A DNA stretch of 64,000 nt from Rebecca billardiae RCC1528 (Eukaryota > Protista > Haptophyta). Every line of letters begins with the position of its first letter. Position 1 is the stretch's first letter. The notes under the pieces were generated by a model. The model was not told where the DNA came from and did not search any database. It saw only the letters and a program-made list of their open reading frames with translations. The translations under genes were made by a program, and so were the position numbers. The stretch lies in contig OZ251243.1 of the NCBI GenBank assembly GCA_965240325.2, positions 930,001 to 994,000 of the forward strand. Reading direction: 5' to 3'. Shown here piece after piece: positions 43,772-54,298 of the stretch.

Positions 43772-45751
43772 ATGGTGTGTGATCACACCGGCTGCACCAC
43801 GCGGCCTTCGTTCGGCATGCCGGGCGACGCGCGCGCCAGCCGGTGCGCTGAGCACAAGCTGGCTGGCATGGTCAATGTGAAGAGCCGCAAGTGTGATCAC
43901 TCCGGCTGCACCACGCAGCCCTCATTCGGCATGCCGGGCGACGCGCGCGCCAGCCGGTGCGCTGAGCACAAGCTGGCCGGCATGGTCGATGTGAGGAGCT
44001 CCAATTGTGATCACGCCGGCTGCACCAAGTGGCCTTCGCTTGGCATGCCGGGCGACGCGCGCGCCAGCCGGTGCGCGGAGCACAAGCTGGCTGGCATGGT
44101 CCGCTTGAAGAAGAAGGCAGAGTGTGGTCACGCCGGCTGCACGACGGGGCCTTCATTCGGCATGCCGGGCGATGCGCGCGGCAGCCGGTGCGCTGCGCAC
44201 AAGCTGGCCGGCATGGTCGACTTGAGGAGCCTCAAGTGTGATCACGCCGGCTGCACCAAGTGGCCTTCGTTTGGCAAGCCGGGCGACGCGCGCGCCAGCC
44301 GGTGCGCTACGCACAAGCTGGATGGCATGGTCGACGTGGCGAACCGCAAGTGTGATCACGCCGGCTGCACCAAGCAGCCTTCGTTCGGCATGCCGGGCGA
44401 CGCGCGCGCCAGCCGATGCGCCGAGCACAAGCTGGCTGGAATGGTCGGCTTGTACAAGCCCAAGTGTGATCACGCAGGCTGCACCAAGGGGCCTTCGTTT
44501 GGCATGCCGTACGACGCGCGCGCCAGCCGGTGCGCTGAGCACAAGCTGGCTGGCATGGTCGATATGGTGAACCGCAAGTGTGATCACTCCGGCTGCACCA
44601 CGCGGCCCTCGTTCGGCATGCCAGGCGACGCGCGCGCCAGCCGGTGCGCCGAGCACAAGCTGGCTGGCATGGTCAACGTGATAAGCTCCAAGTGTGATCA
44701 CTCCGGCTGCACCAAGCACCCTTCGTTCGGAATGCCGGGCGACACGCATGCCAGCCGGTGCGCTACGCACAAGCTGGCCGGCATGGTCGGCTTGAGGAAG
44801 CCCGAGTGTGATCACGCAGGCTGCACCAAGTGGCCTTCGTTTGGCATGCCGGGCGACGCGCGCGCCAGTCGGTGCGCCGAGCACGAGCTGGCTGGTATGG
44901 TCCGCTTGAGCAAGCCCAAGTGTGATCACGCCGGCTGCACCAAGTGGCCTTCGTTTGGCAAGCCGGGCGACGCGCGCGCCAGCCGGTGCGCTACGCACAA
45001 GCTGGATGGCATGGTCGACGTGGCGAACCGCAAGTGTGAGCACGCCGGCTGCACCAAGCAGCCTTCGTTCGGCATGCCGGGCGACGCGCGCGCCAGCCGA
45101 TGCGCCGAGCACAAGCTGGCTGGAATGGTCGGCTTGTACAAGCCCAAGTGTGATCACGCAGGCTGCACCAAGCAGCCTTTGTTCGGCATGCCGGGCGACG
45201 CGCGCGCCAGCCGGTGCGCCGAGCACAAGCTGGCTGGCATGGTCCGCTTGAACACGCCCGATTGTGATCACGCAGGCTGCACCACGCGGCCCTCATTCGG
45301 CATGCCGGGCGACTCGCGCGCCAGCTGGTGCGCTGCGCACAAGCTGGCTGGCATGGTCAATGTGAGGACATCCAAGTGTCATCATGCCGGCTGCACCGCG
45401 CGGCCTTCGTTCCGCATGCCGGGCGACTTGTGTGCCAGCCGGTGCGCCGAGCACAAGCAGGCCTGCATGATTCATGTTCGGCCTGGTGCGCACAAGCGTG
45501 GGCTGGAGCAAGCCATGGGCGACGAGGTGCAAACGAGCACCGCCAAGCGACAGGGCAAGCGCACCAGGAGCACAGCCGCAGCGTCGGACGCCACAGCGCA
45601 GCCGCAGTCGCAGCTGGCGCCGCTGGTCACAGCGCGCGCCGTGCTCTGGCGCTCGAATGGCAAGGTCTACGGTGATGTGCATCCGCAAGCAAGAGCTTCC
45701 AGCGCAGACGGGCCGATAAGACCCGTCGTCATGGCGAGGAGGGTCTACTGA
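43772..45751 (+). CDS. EsV-1-7-type Cys/His repeat protein, 15 x 38-aa repeats plus basic C-terminal tail
   Basis: MV followed by 15 tandem CDHAGC...HKLAGMV units; tail contains KRQGKRTR. Confidence 0.88.
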   Translation: MVCDHTGCTTRPSFGMPGDARASRCAEHKLAGMVNVKSRKCDHSGCTTQPSFGMPGDARASRCAEHKLAGMVDVRSSNCDHAGCTKWPSLGMPGDARASRCAEHKLAGMVRLKKKAECGHAGCTTGPSFGMPGDARGSRCAAHKLAGMVDLRSLKCDHAGCTKWPSFGKPGDARASRCATHKLDGMVDVANRKCDHAGCTKQPSFGMPGDARASRCAEHKLAGMVGLYKPKCDHAGCTKGPSFGMPYDARASRCAEHKLAGMVDMVNRKCDHSGCTTRPSFGMPGDARASRCAEHKLAGMVNVISSKCDHSGCTKHPSFGMPGDTHASRCATHKLAGMVGLRKPECDHAGCTKWPSFGMPGDARASRCAEHELAGMVRLSKPKCDHAGCTKWPSFGKPGDARASRCATHKLDGMVDVANRKCEHAGCTKQPSFGMPGDARASRCAEHKLAGMVGLYKPKCDHAGCTKQPLFGMPGDARASRCAEHKLAGMVRLNTPDCDHAGCTTRPSFGMPGDSRASWCAAHKLAGMVNVRTSKCHHAGCTARPSFRMPGDLCASRCAEHKQACMIHVRPGAHKRGLEQAMGDEVQTSTAKRQGKRTRSTAAASDATAQPQSQLAPLVTARAVLWRSNGKVYGDVHPQARASSADGPIRPVVMARRVY

Positions 45752-45881
45752 TCAGCTGATGAGGGACTGAGGGAGGCCGACAGTCTGAGACGCTGAGTCT
45801 GACTCATCACGTTCGTGACGACCGTGACGATATATATATAGCGCGCGTCAATTACTACGCGTCAAAAACCCCAGCATTACA

Positions 45882-46374
45882 TATGGCCCGCTGTGCATCA
45901 GGGCGGAGCGCTTAGCCCCGTTAGGCCTTAGCGTGGAGCGGCAGCCCCGCTGTGGGCCGCTGGGGGCCCTCATTACGTTGCTGTATCAAAAAGATCTTTT
46001 GATCAAATAAGAAAAGGGGCGGACGACGGGGGACCGGATTCTGAGGGCTGTTGGAGGGTGAGTTTCTGCTTAATTTTTCGAGGCGGGGTACATTGATGCT
46101 GTCTATTCCCACCAGACGCTCGAGGGGTACATTGCTGTCTATTGCCACCAGACGCTCGAGGGGTACATCAGACTAACATCAGTTGCTGTCTATTGCCACA
46201 AGACGCGATTGACGAAATAGGCGCGCCCGGGCCATTCCGTCTATGTCGATGGACGGACGTGGGATCAGATACCCCGGGGGTGAAACACGTGATGAGTAAT
46301 TCTGCCCTTCTTGTATGCTGGAGTACGTACGAGATTGCCGAGCGAGGTTTGATTGGTTCGAGTCAAAAACTTGG
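45882..46374 (+). repeat. Degenerate, insertion-riddled left end of the TATGG-led repeat, followed by three ~36-bp tandem repeats
   Basis: TATGGCCCGC...CAGGGCGGAGCGC...AGCGTGGAGC...CAAAAAGATCTTT as at 6225/46375. GGGGTACAT...GCTGTCTATT(C/G)CCAC(C/A)AGACGC x3 at ~46084-46206. Confidence 0.7.
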
Positions 46375-48045
46375 TATGGCCCGCGGTGCAGGGCGGAGCG
46401 CGCAGCGTGGAGCCCGCTCCGTGGGCCCTAACCACGTTTCAAAAAGATCTTTGATCAAGAAAAGACGGGGGACGATTTTCATGGCTGGAGGAGACCGAGT
46501 TTTGAATTTTGAGACCCTCTCTAACACGCATCACGGCCGAAATGGACGCGCCCACAACAAGTTCATAGTAAAGCGTGGAGTGACGCCCGTCCAAAAAACT
46601 TCACGCCCTTTAGGATCCCTAACGTAACGAACCGTTACAAGCGATTTTTTCGGCCAATGAGATTGCAGCAAGGTCCAAGGAGCGATGACGTATCTAGATA
46701 CTAGATAGAGATTGCCGCGAACCGATGTGGCCATGTACGTCCCTTGAATCAGTTGAATCAACTATTCAATCGCGCCGTGTCTGTATCAGGAGCCAACATG
46801 GCAAGGGTCAGTAACCGATGCGCCAACTTCGGCGTATCCGGTATCTCAATACTATCTGACACGAGTCTGGAGCCGGACGGCTGCCCAGCAAAGCCAAACC
46901 TTGGTTGCTGCGCACTCTCCGCGAGAGGGTCGCGAGCCGCACGAGCGACCGACGGGTGAGTACGGCGATGGGCAGGTGCGCGCGGCGAGTTGCGCCTGGA
47001 GCGCGCGGCTGTGGCGGGTCCCGACTGGCGACTGCCGTCGACATCGCGTTCGTGCCCCCGCTCACTCCGCGCGCCCCCGCCGCCCCGTGTCGATGCCTGC
47101 GCGCGGCCGCGCGCGTCGCCCGCGGCCGCGCCGCGGCAGCCGCCCTGTATTCGGGCTCTCGCAAGCTCGGGGGCAGCGGCGCCTGATGCCGGACTGATCG
47201 ATCTCTGAGTCTTCGACTTCACCACGCGCCGCCCTTGCCATGCCTTTCCGGGGAGCGCCGACGATCCGAGTCCATCGTCGACGGTCGACTCTGAGCGAGG
47301 GCTACGCCTCGGAACTGAACGGTACTCTACGAGGAGGACGAGCTGCGCGGGCGACGGTGGTGCGTGCCGTCCCCAGAGCTGGCTGTGCCTCTGCAACGCG
47401 TGCCGAGCCTGATCGAGGTGTGTCAGCCCGTGCACGCGCGGCGTGCGCGAACGACCTGTGACTGCGGTGCCCTCGAACCTCGGCACTGCGTGCTCCCTCG
47501 GGCTGTCAGCTCCGCGTGGCCTGGCGTGCACGTAGAGTTGAGCTCATGCGTCGATCACGCCTCGCGCCCGCCTGTCGGCCGTCGCGCAGGCGCTGGTCGA
47601 ACCCTACTCGGACCAGTGCAAATCATCTAACTATCCTGGCGCTGCCGGTGCGCGTAGCCGTAGTGACCCGGGACAGCGGTCAGTCAGCAGCAGCGGCCCG
47701 AACGAATCCGCGGCCCCGCACCGTGCTCCCTGGCTGTCAGCTTCGCGTGGCCTGGCGTGCACGTGGAGTCGCGCTCATGCGTCGATCACGCCTCGTCGCA
47801 TCCGCCTGTACACAATCGGCGCCGCGCCGGCGGCTGCGAAGTGCGATGGGCCCGCCCGCAGCGCGGCCGGGGCGGCGGCGCGCCGCTGGTGGAGACAGGA
47901 GAGTCTAGTTGTACGGGCATGCAACTCCGGGTCTGTCAATAGACGACTGCGACGGAGGGTGCACCGCCACCGCGGGCCCTGAACTACGTGCGTTCTACGG
48001 AAAAGGACCGCGGAACCAAAGGAATCAAGGAGGGAAACGCGGTCA
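46375..48045 (+). mobile_element. TATGG-led dispersed repeat, copy 2 (may extend to TATGG at 48230-48234)
   Basis: High similarity to 6225-7818 except a ~400-bp internal segment. Confidence 0.75.
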
Positions 48046-48668
48046 TAACTCAATAAGAAGGATCCCAGCAAAACCGTAGTTAATTGGAGCTACGGGAGCT
48101 ACGACCTAATCGAGATCGCCGTAAACGCTATTATCTCGCGTGGTTCTGATTTTTGCCGAAGCAGTTAGCAGAGATAACCGTAATCGATCGCTATTTATCT
48201 CGATCCATTCGATCTTACGCGCCAATCCTTATGGTGGTTTTAAATTCCCCTTTATAACGGGCTCCGGGTGATCAGGCTGGCGGCCGAAGCCTCCAGCCCT
48301 ACCCTGGCCAGCCCCCAACCAACCACCACCCTCACCCAACCTCAAACCACTGACCGAGACACCTAGTGTCTTGACACCACTCCACTGTGGACAGCCCGCC
48401 TCCAGAGGGGGCGGGGGTATGCCATTGCCAACAGCATACGAGCCCAACACTGTGGGGTGGTCCCAGGTACAAGCAGTGCACGGCCTTGCAATTTAAGATC
48501 ATCGAGTTTGAGCCGAGTCGGCAGAAGGGGCACCCCCTAGGGTGCCCCAGTGTGGGCTGTGTCACAGTGTGGGCAGAGGGCCAGCCACTAGCCGATGCCT
48601 GCGCGGGGAAGGGGACTGAGGGGACTGTCATCGAGCCCAGTAGCTGGGCAGGGTGGTACTCAAACTAT

Positions 48669-49504
48669 TAGGGTGTGGGGGCAACACGGCAAAGTCCGCG
48701 CTAACGTTAGGACGATCTCTATTTGTCCGCTGCGGTGAATATGAAAACGTAAGCGGAATAAGCCTACCATTACCAAGGAAAGCGTGGATGAGGGTGGGGG
48801 CACGGTCGCTTTTGTTACGTTAGAGATTTGAATCTCGGTGATTCAAAACGCGGCGAGGGTGCCCAGAAGAACCATCGCCACCGCGTGCGAGGGCCAGCGC
48901 TCGCTCAGCCACCTTGGCGCTTTCATTGACGTGCAGGGGTGCGGACCGCGGTAGCTCCAGTCTCAAAGTCGTTCGCAGCGCTACGCACGGCACCCTGCTC
49001 GCGCGACCCGCCAACCGCGCGCTCTCCAAGGAGTGCACCAGCGCGGCGAGCGCACGGCGCGCACGCAACGCTTGCCGGGCACACCGGCACGCACGCAAGA
49101 GCGCACGACGTAGGCCACGTCGGCTTCTGGTCGCACGAAGGCGCCGCGAACACGAAGACTTCTTCTCGCGGCGACGAACGCGCGAGAACGCGCGCGCGCG
49201 CACTCGCGAGCTGCGCGCGCGCGCCTCCGTGCGGCGCTGCGCCAGCGAGCCGAGCTGTCCTCGTGCGCCCTTTGCGGCGCCGCGGCGCGAATCAAAGGTC
49301 GCGGCGACGCGATCTCCCACTTAGGGGAGCTAACGTTGCGGCGAGCCCTTACAGAGCCAGATTCCCCCCTCTCAGTAAGCGCGACCTGGGCCCTCTGGAG
49401 CGAGGCCCACGTTAGAGCTCAAATAGGGCCGGATCCCGCCTATCTAAAATTTCTCTAACTACCTAACGTTAGCGCGGACTTTGCCGTGTTGCCCCCACAC
49501 CCTA
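48669..49504. mobile_element. MITE with perfect 43-bp terminal inverted repeats (outer TA may be the TSD)
   Basis: TAGGGTGTGGGGGCAACACGGCAAAGTCCGCGCTAACGTTAGG at 48669-48711 is the exact reverse complement of 49462-49504. Confidence 0.9.
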
Positions 49505-49719
49505 TTTGAAGCGGTTGCTCACTGAGTCTGAAGACTCGACGTGGCAGGCGTGCCAAGGTGCTGGCGCCGCAGAATCAGATGGCGCGACGTGCCGCGTGCG
49601 AAAGAGCAGGTGTAGGTGCTGGCGCCGCAGATGGCGCGGTGCGGACGCTCTCCCCGAGCTGCGATAATAACCAGCTGCTTTCAGGCCAGGTGCAGCAGTG
49701 CATCCAGGACCGCAGCCGC

Positions 49720-49920
49720 GTCAGGACGGCGAGCGCACGGGCTGCGCGGGCACTGAACTCGGCGCGAACCGCAGTGAAGATGATCAACACAGCGAAGAAG
49801 CAGGTGGTGTAATACTAATCGAGGCGCTCCGCGCTGGACCTAGTGGGCCTGAACATGATGCTGCGCATCTTCTTGGGCCTGCATGATGCTGCGCATCTTC
49901 TTGGGCCTGCCCGACGCGCA
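49720..49920 (+). pseudogene. Possible hAT transposase C-terminal dimerisation-domain relic
   Basis: Broken frames give GER...AVKMINTAK...LNMMLRIFLGLP, resembling ERxFSxMKxIKTxxRNRL...LNxLMRI; includes a 28-bp tandem duplication. Confidence 0.3.
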
Positions 49921-50300
49921 CCCCACGCAGGCCAGGATTGGCCATCTCCTGGGGCTGGAATCCAGCTCGAGACGAAAGTAAACATCGCGCTAGCTATATA
50001 TCGGAGCTCGCGCTCTGCGTCACTATAATCCCACAGTGGCCAGTGGGCCCACCTAATTATTCCGCACGGCCCACGCGGATGTCAAGAGCGCGTCGGAGCG
50101 GCGCCGGGGACCGCGACCTCGTCGCTGCCGCCGTCGCACAAATTCGCGCGCACGTCGGCCGTGGGCACGTCGGCACGCGATGGCGCTGCCTCAGACCGAC
50201 TGCTCTTATCGAATATCGTCGTGGGTTGAGCTTTATAATTATATAGACTGATCGAGATCGAGTCGATTCTGACAGAAATCGAGATCGAGAGAGTGAGATC

Positions 50301-50303
<3 letters not shown>

Positions 50304-50382
<79 letters not shown>
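50304..50382. repeat. (GA)n microsatellite
   Basis: Directly visible. Confidence 0.97.
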
Positions 50383-50385
<3 letters not shown>

Positions 50386-50523
50386 AGAGGCACCGACTGT
50401 AGCGACTGCTGCCTGAACAGAGTGAGTGAGCAGTGAATAAGACTCTGATACAGCAGTCTGCTCGTCTGCTTCTTGACGCGTAACACACCGATATGTCCAC
50501 GTATCCTAGCCCACAGAGAGCCC

Positions 50524-51591
50524 TTATTCCAAGAGCGTCACGCCGACCATGATCGCCACTCCAGCGGCCATCGCGAGCAGCTCGCGCACGGTCTGCGCGA
50601 GGCTTGTGTCGTCCAGCAGGCTCGGGATCACGTCGACTGTCGCTACGTAGATAAAGCCGCCGGCGGTGAAGCAGTTGAGCCGGTCCTTCATCACGGGCAT
50701 GTCACCGGCGGCGAGGCCGACCAGCGTGCCCAACAGCGCGCCGATCGCCGTCACCAGCTGCATGCGCAGCGCGCGCAGCCGCGGCATGCCTGCGCGCAGC
50801 AGCATCGCCACGTCGCCCACCTCGTGCGGCACCTCGTGCACGAGCACGGCGAGCGTGGTGGCCAGGCTGCCAGTCGCCGTGCCGAAGGCGGTGCCGATGG
50901 CGAGCCCATCGGTGAAGTTGTGCGCGAAGTCGGCCACCAGGTTCAGGTAGCCGCCCACGTGCAGGCCCTCTGGGCAGTCGCTGTGCGAGGGCTTGTGCGC
51001 CCCTTTTGCAGCTGGCTGCGCCGCGCTGCCGCCCTTCTGGCCCTTGGCGGCCTTCTTGGCCTCGGTGGGCGCGTGGCTGTGCGCGTGGCCGTGCGCGTGG
51101 CTGTGGCCGATGCGCTGGTGACGCACGAACTTCTCGATGCAGAAGAAGACCATGATCCCCGCGATGATGGCCAGCCCGTTGGCCAGGTCGGCAAGGCTGT
51201 GCGCATGTGAGCCGCCGCCGGGTGCGCCGTGCGTGAGGTGGTGGTCCTCGTGGTGGTGGTCATGGTGGTGGTCGTCGTGGTGGTCGTGGTGGTGATCGTG
51301 CTCGTCGTGCCCGTGGTGCGCGTGGTGCTCGTGCGCGTGCTCATGCTCGTGCCCATGCGCGCTCATGGCGTGCGGCAGGATGTGAAGGCAGACGTCGCCG
51401 AGCATGGCACCGGCCGCAAAGACTACGAGCACGTTCTGATGGCGGCGCCAGCTGGCCTCGAGCGGGCACAGCGTCACGGCGAGGAGGGGGAGGATGCTGA
51501 TCAGGCCCGTCGCAAGGAACGCGCTCGTCCACGGCCGGCTTGAAAGCAGCGAGGCCTCGGGTGACGCGCATGACTCGGCGGCCGTCGCCAT
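50524..51591 (-). CDS. ZIP-family zinc transporter (ZIP7/KE4, LIV-1-like) with His-rich loops
   Basis: FAAGAMLGDVCLHILPH, poly-His loops, GYLNLVADFAHNFTDGLAIG, HEVPHEVGD, FTAGGFIYVA. Confidence 0.95.
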   Translation of the reverse strand: MATAAESCASPEASLLSSRPWTSAFLATGLISILPLLAVTLCPLEASWRRHQNVLVVFAAGAMLGDVCLHILPHAMSAHGHEHEHAHEHHAHHGHDEHDHHHDHHDDHHHDHHHEDHHLTHGAPGGGSHAHSLADLANGLAIIAGIMVFFCIEKFVRHQRIGHSHAHGHAHSHAPTEAKKAAKGQKGGSAAQPAAKGAHKPSHSDCPEGLHVGGYLNLVADFAHNFTDGLAIGTAFGTATGSLATTLAVLVHEVPHEVGDVAMLLRAGMPRLRALRMQLVTAIGALLGTLVGLAAGDMPVMKDRLNCFTAGGFIYVATVDVIPSLLDDTSLAQTVRELLAMAAGVAIMVGVTLLE

Positions 51592-51662
51592 CGTTTCTCA
51601 GCCCGCGTCCGGCCGCCCGCCCGCCTGCGCGGCTGGGCCGCAGCCGCGCACTCGCGGTGTTG

Positions 51663-52358
51663 ATGGCCGGCGGCGGTCCCATCTACCTCGCGAGCCGGCG
51701 ACTCTGCGCCGTGGCCCTGCCGTGCTCGGTCTTCGCGGCGCTCGGGTGCTCGGTGGGACAGGTGCGCTTGACGCAGCACCGTGGGGGTGGGAGCGCGCTG
51801 TCCATGGCCCACTCCTCGGTCCGCCGCGTGACGACGACCACCGACGACGATGCCGTGACGGCGCGCATCGTGAAGCGTATCGCCGAGAGCGAGCTCACCG
51901 CATCGGCGGCCGACGTGAAGGTGGAGCAGATCCGCTCGTACTACTGGTGGGATGGTGCCGTACAGAACGATGCCGAGACGCGCGTGTCCTTCGAGACCAC
52001 CGCGCCCTTCGAGACCGCGCGAGACGTCGTCGCGGCCTCGCACAGCTATGACACGCCGATGATCATCGCTCCAGCCGGGGGCGAGACGGAGCACTGGCGC
52101 GGCGAGATCGCTGACGCGACGGAAGAGATGGCGGCAGATCTTGCCAGCTCTCGCCTCGTCGCGTGCGCCCAGCTCGCGCCCGCGGCCGACGCCAGCCCGG
52201 CCGTGCTTTCGGTGAAAACGGTGCGGGGCGCGATCCCTTTTGTTGAGAAGCGCGTCAAGAGCTTCGACACCAAGCTGCACGTGGCATGGGAGCCGATCGT
52301 GGGCAACCAGGCGTATCTTGATTGGCTGGTGGAGGAGACGAAGGTGCCCGAGAAGTGA
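51663..52358 (+). CDS. cutA: Tandem CutA1-like domain protein with N-terminal targeting-like extension
   Basis: IRSYYWWDG..E, HSYDTP in half 1; LASSRLVACAQ, VKT, GNQAYLDWL in half 2. Confidence 0.75.
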   Translation: MAGGGPIYLASRRLCAVALPCSVFAALGCSVGQVRLTQHRGGGSALSMAHSSVRRVTTTTDDDAVTARIVKRIAESELTASAADVKVEQIRSYYWWDGAVQNDAETRVSFETTAPFETARDVVAASHSYDTPMIIAPAGGETEHWRGEIADATEEMAADLASSRLVACAQLAPAADASPAVLSVKTVRGAIPFVEKRVKSFDTKLHVAWEPIVGNQAYLDWLVEETKVPEK

Positions 52359-52949
52359 GAGCCACTGGTCGAGCCGCGGCTGGGAAGAGGCCGGACGAGG
52401 ACGGAAGGGCGGGAAGGCGCCTCGTCATGCTCCTGCAGCGGCAGTTTCACTGAGCAGTGAGCAAGAACTCTGAGTCTCACGGAGGCTCTGGCTCCGGCCG
52501 CGGGCGCGGCGAGTCAGAGACACTCGGCGTAGTCATCAGCATCACATCAGTCGTAGTAGCATCAGTGATCAGCCGATGCAGCAGAGTCCGCCCTGTTCCG
52601 ACTCCCCCGAGGCCGATTGGCCGATTGATGACTTACTTCCGACGAGATGAAATGTCGCGCATCATATCCGCTCGGACTGTCACCTCCCAATAGGTTCAGA
52701 CTCTATTTTTACTGCTATGTAATTATCCGTCCCTTACTCAGATTTCAGCACAGTCCGGGAGCGTTCCGGACACCGCTGTAACTGTATACATATGCGAAAA
52801 GGATATCCGGACTGGGTATCTAGTTATAGAAAATAGAGGCTTCTGAACCTATTGGAGGTGTGGCTGATGATCCATCTGGCCGTAATATATATTGTTGAGC
52901 TGACGAGGCCAGGGGCGCGCATCTCAGCAGATGGCGTCGCCGGCGGTGA

Positions 52950-53788
52950 CAGGCGGCGGACCCCGCCGGCCCGGAGGCGGAGGAGCCCGAGGGGGAGGGT
53001 TCGGACGATGCCATCCCGCCACCCCAGCCACCAACCGCGGCCGCGCCGTCGGACGGGCCCGAGGTGCAACAGGCCAGGCCGGCGCTCGGGGAGTCCAACT
53101 ACCGCCTGGTCCTGCCCCCCGGCGCCGCGGCAGCCGGCAAGCGCGCGGCGACCGAGCCGTCCACGCCGGCGGAGGAGGATGGGCCCTCCTCCGCTGGCGG
53201 GAGCGACGCCAAGCCGGCCAAGCAGGCTCGCACCGCGTCCCTCGGCGACCCCCCCCGTGACCTGGCTGCCGCCGCGCCGCAGTCGCTGGCGTAGAGCCGC
53301 GCGCGGCGCTGGCGCGCCAGACGCGCCCGGTTGGGCAGCGCAGGCACCCTCAGCGGCCAGGACGACGACTTCCTCAACGGCAAGGGCGACGACTTCCTCT
53401 GCGGCCAGGGCGACGACTTCCTCAACGGCAAGGACGACGACTTCCTCAACGGCAAGGGCGACTACTCCCTCAACTCGGCAAGGCCACTAGGCCGCGCACA
53501 CCGGCCCGGGCGACCACATCCACTACCTGCACTACGGCATCAACTTGAACAGCCTCGGACGACGACGACACGGGCAACTACATGATGACCAAGGCCGACG
53601 ACGACTGCAAAACAGCGGCATCCCCGGGCGCCTACTACCTCAGTGACCGTGTGATCAGCATCGGTTACGACGACTCCCTCACCCGCGGCCAACGCGCTCC
53701 GACATCCTCCATTAACTCCATTCAGTACTTCGACAGACGAATCAGGAGAGCTGCGCCCTCGTGCCTGTGTCTTTAAATCATAGAATTA
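52950..53788. mobile_element. 839-bp insertion in the E2 5' LTR containing a 24-bp x5 minisatellite
   Basis: Absent from the 3' LTR (GGTGA|GTCAGGG). G(A/G)CGACGACTTCCTCAACGGCAAG units at ~53361-53481. Confidence 0.65.
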
Positions 53789-54070
53789 GTCAGGGCCGGT
53801 GCTGCAGCAGGCAGACCGGCGGCGCAGCTGCTGCAGAGCAGCAGTGCGGATGAACTGGCACAGTCTGGGGCACGCATCTCAGCAGATGGCGTTGCCGCTG
53901 GGGTGTCAGGGCTGGCGCCGCATCAGGCGGGCCGGCGGCAGCAGCTGCTGCGGAGCAGTGGCTGGCAGCGCGCGCGTCCAGGACGCGCGCGGCAGCAGTG
54001 AGCAGACGCGCGAGCGCGGAGCAGCGCGGGCGCAGCGGCGCGGGAGCGCGGAGCAGCGCGGGGCGCGCGG

Positions 54071-54298
54071 AACAGCGCGGAGCAGCGCGGAGCAGCGCGG
54101 AGCAGCGCGGAGCAGCGCGGAGCAGCGCGGAGCAGCGCGGAGCGCGCGGAGCAGCGCGGAGCAGCGCGGAGCAGCGCGGAGCAGCGCGGAGCAGCGCGGA
54201 GCAGCGCGGAGCAGCGCGGAGCAGCGCGGAGCAGCGCGGAGCAGCGCGGAGCAGCGCGGAGCAGCGCGGAGCAGCGCGGAGCAGCGCGGAGCAGCGCG
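54071..54298. repeat. (GCAGCGCGGA)n 10-bp satellite in the E2 5' LTR
   Basis: Directly visible; a shorter array lies in the 3' LTR. Confidence 0.95.

Noticed and set aside
46084-46206. Three ~36-bp direct repeats resembling a CRISPR array
   Set aside because: Essentially tandem with no regular unique spacers, eukaryotic context, no cas genes.
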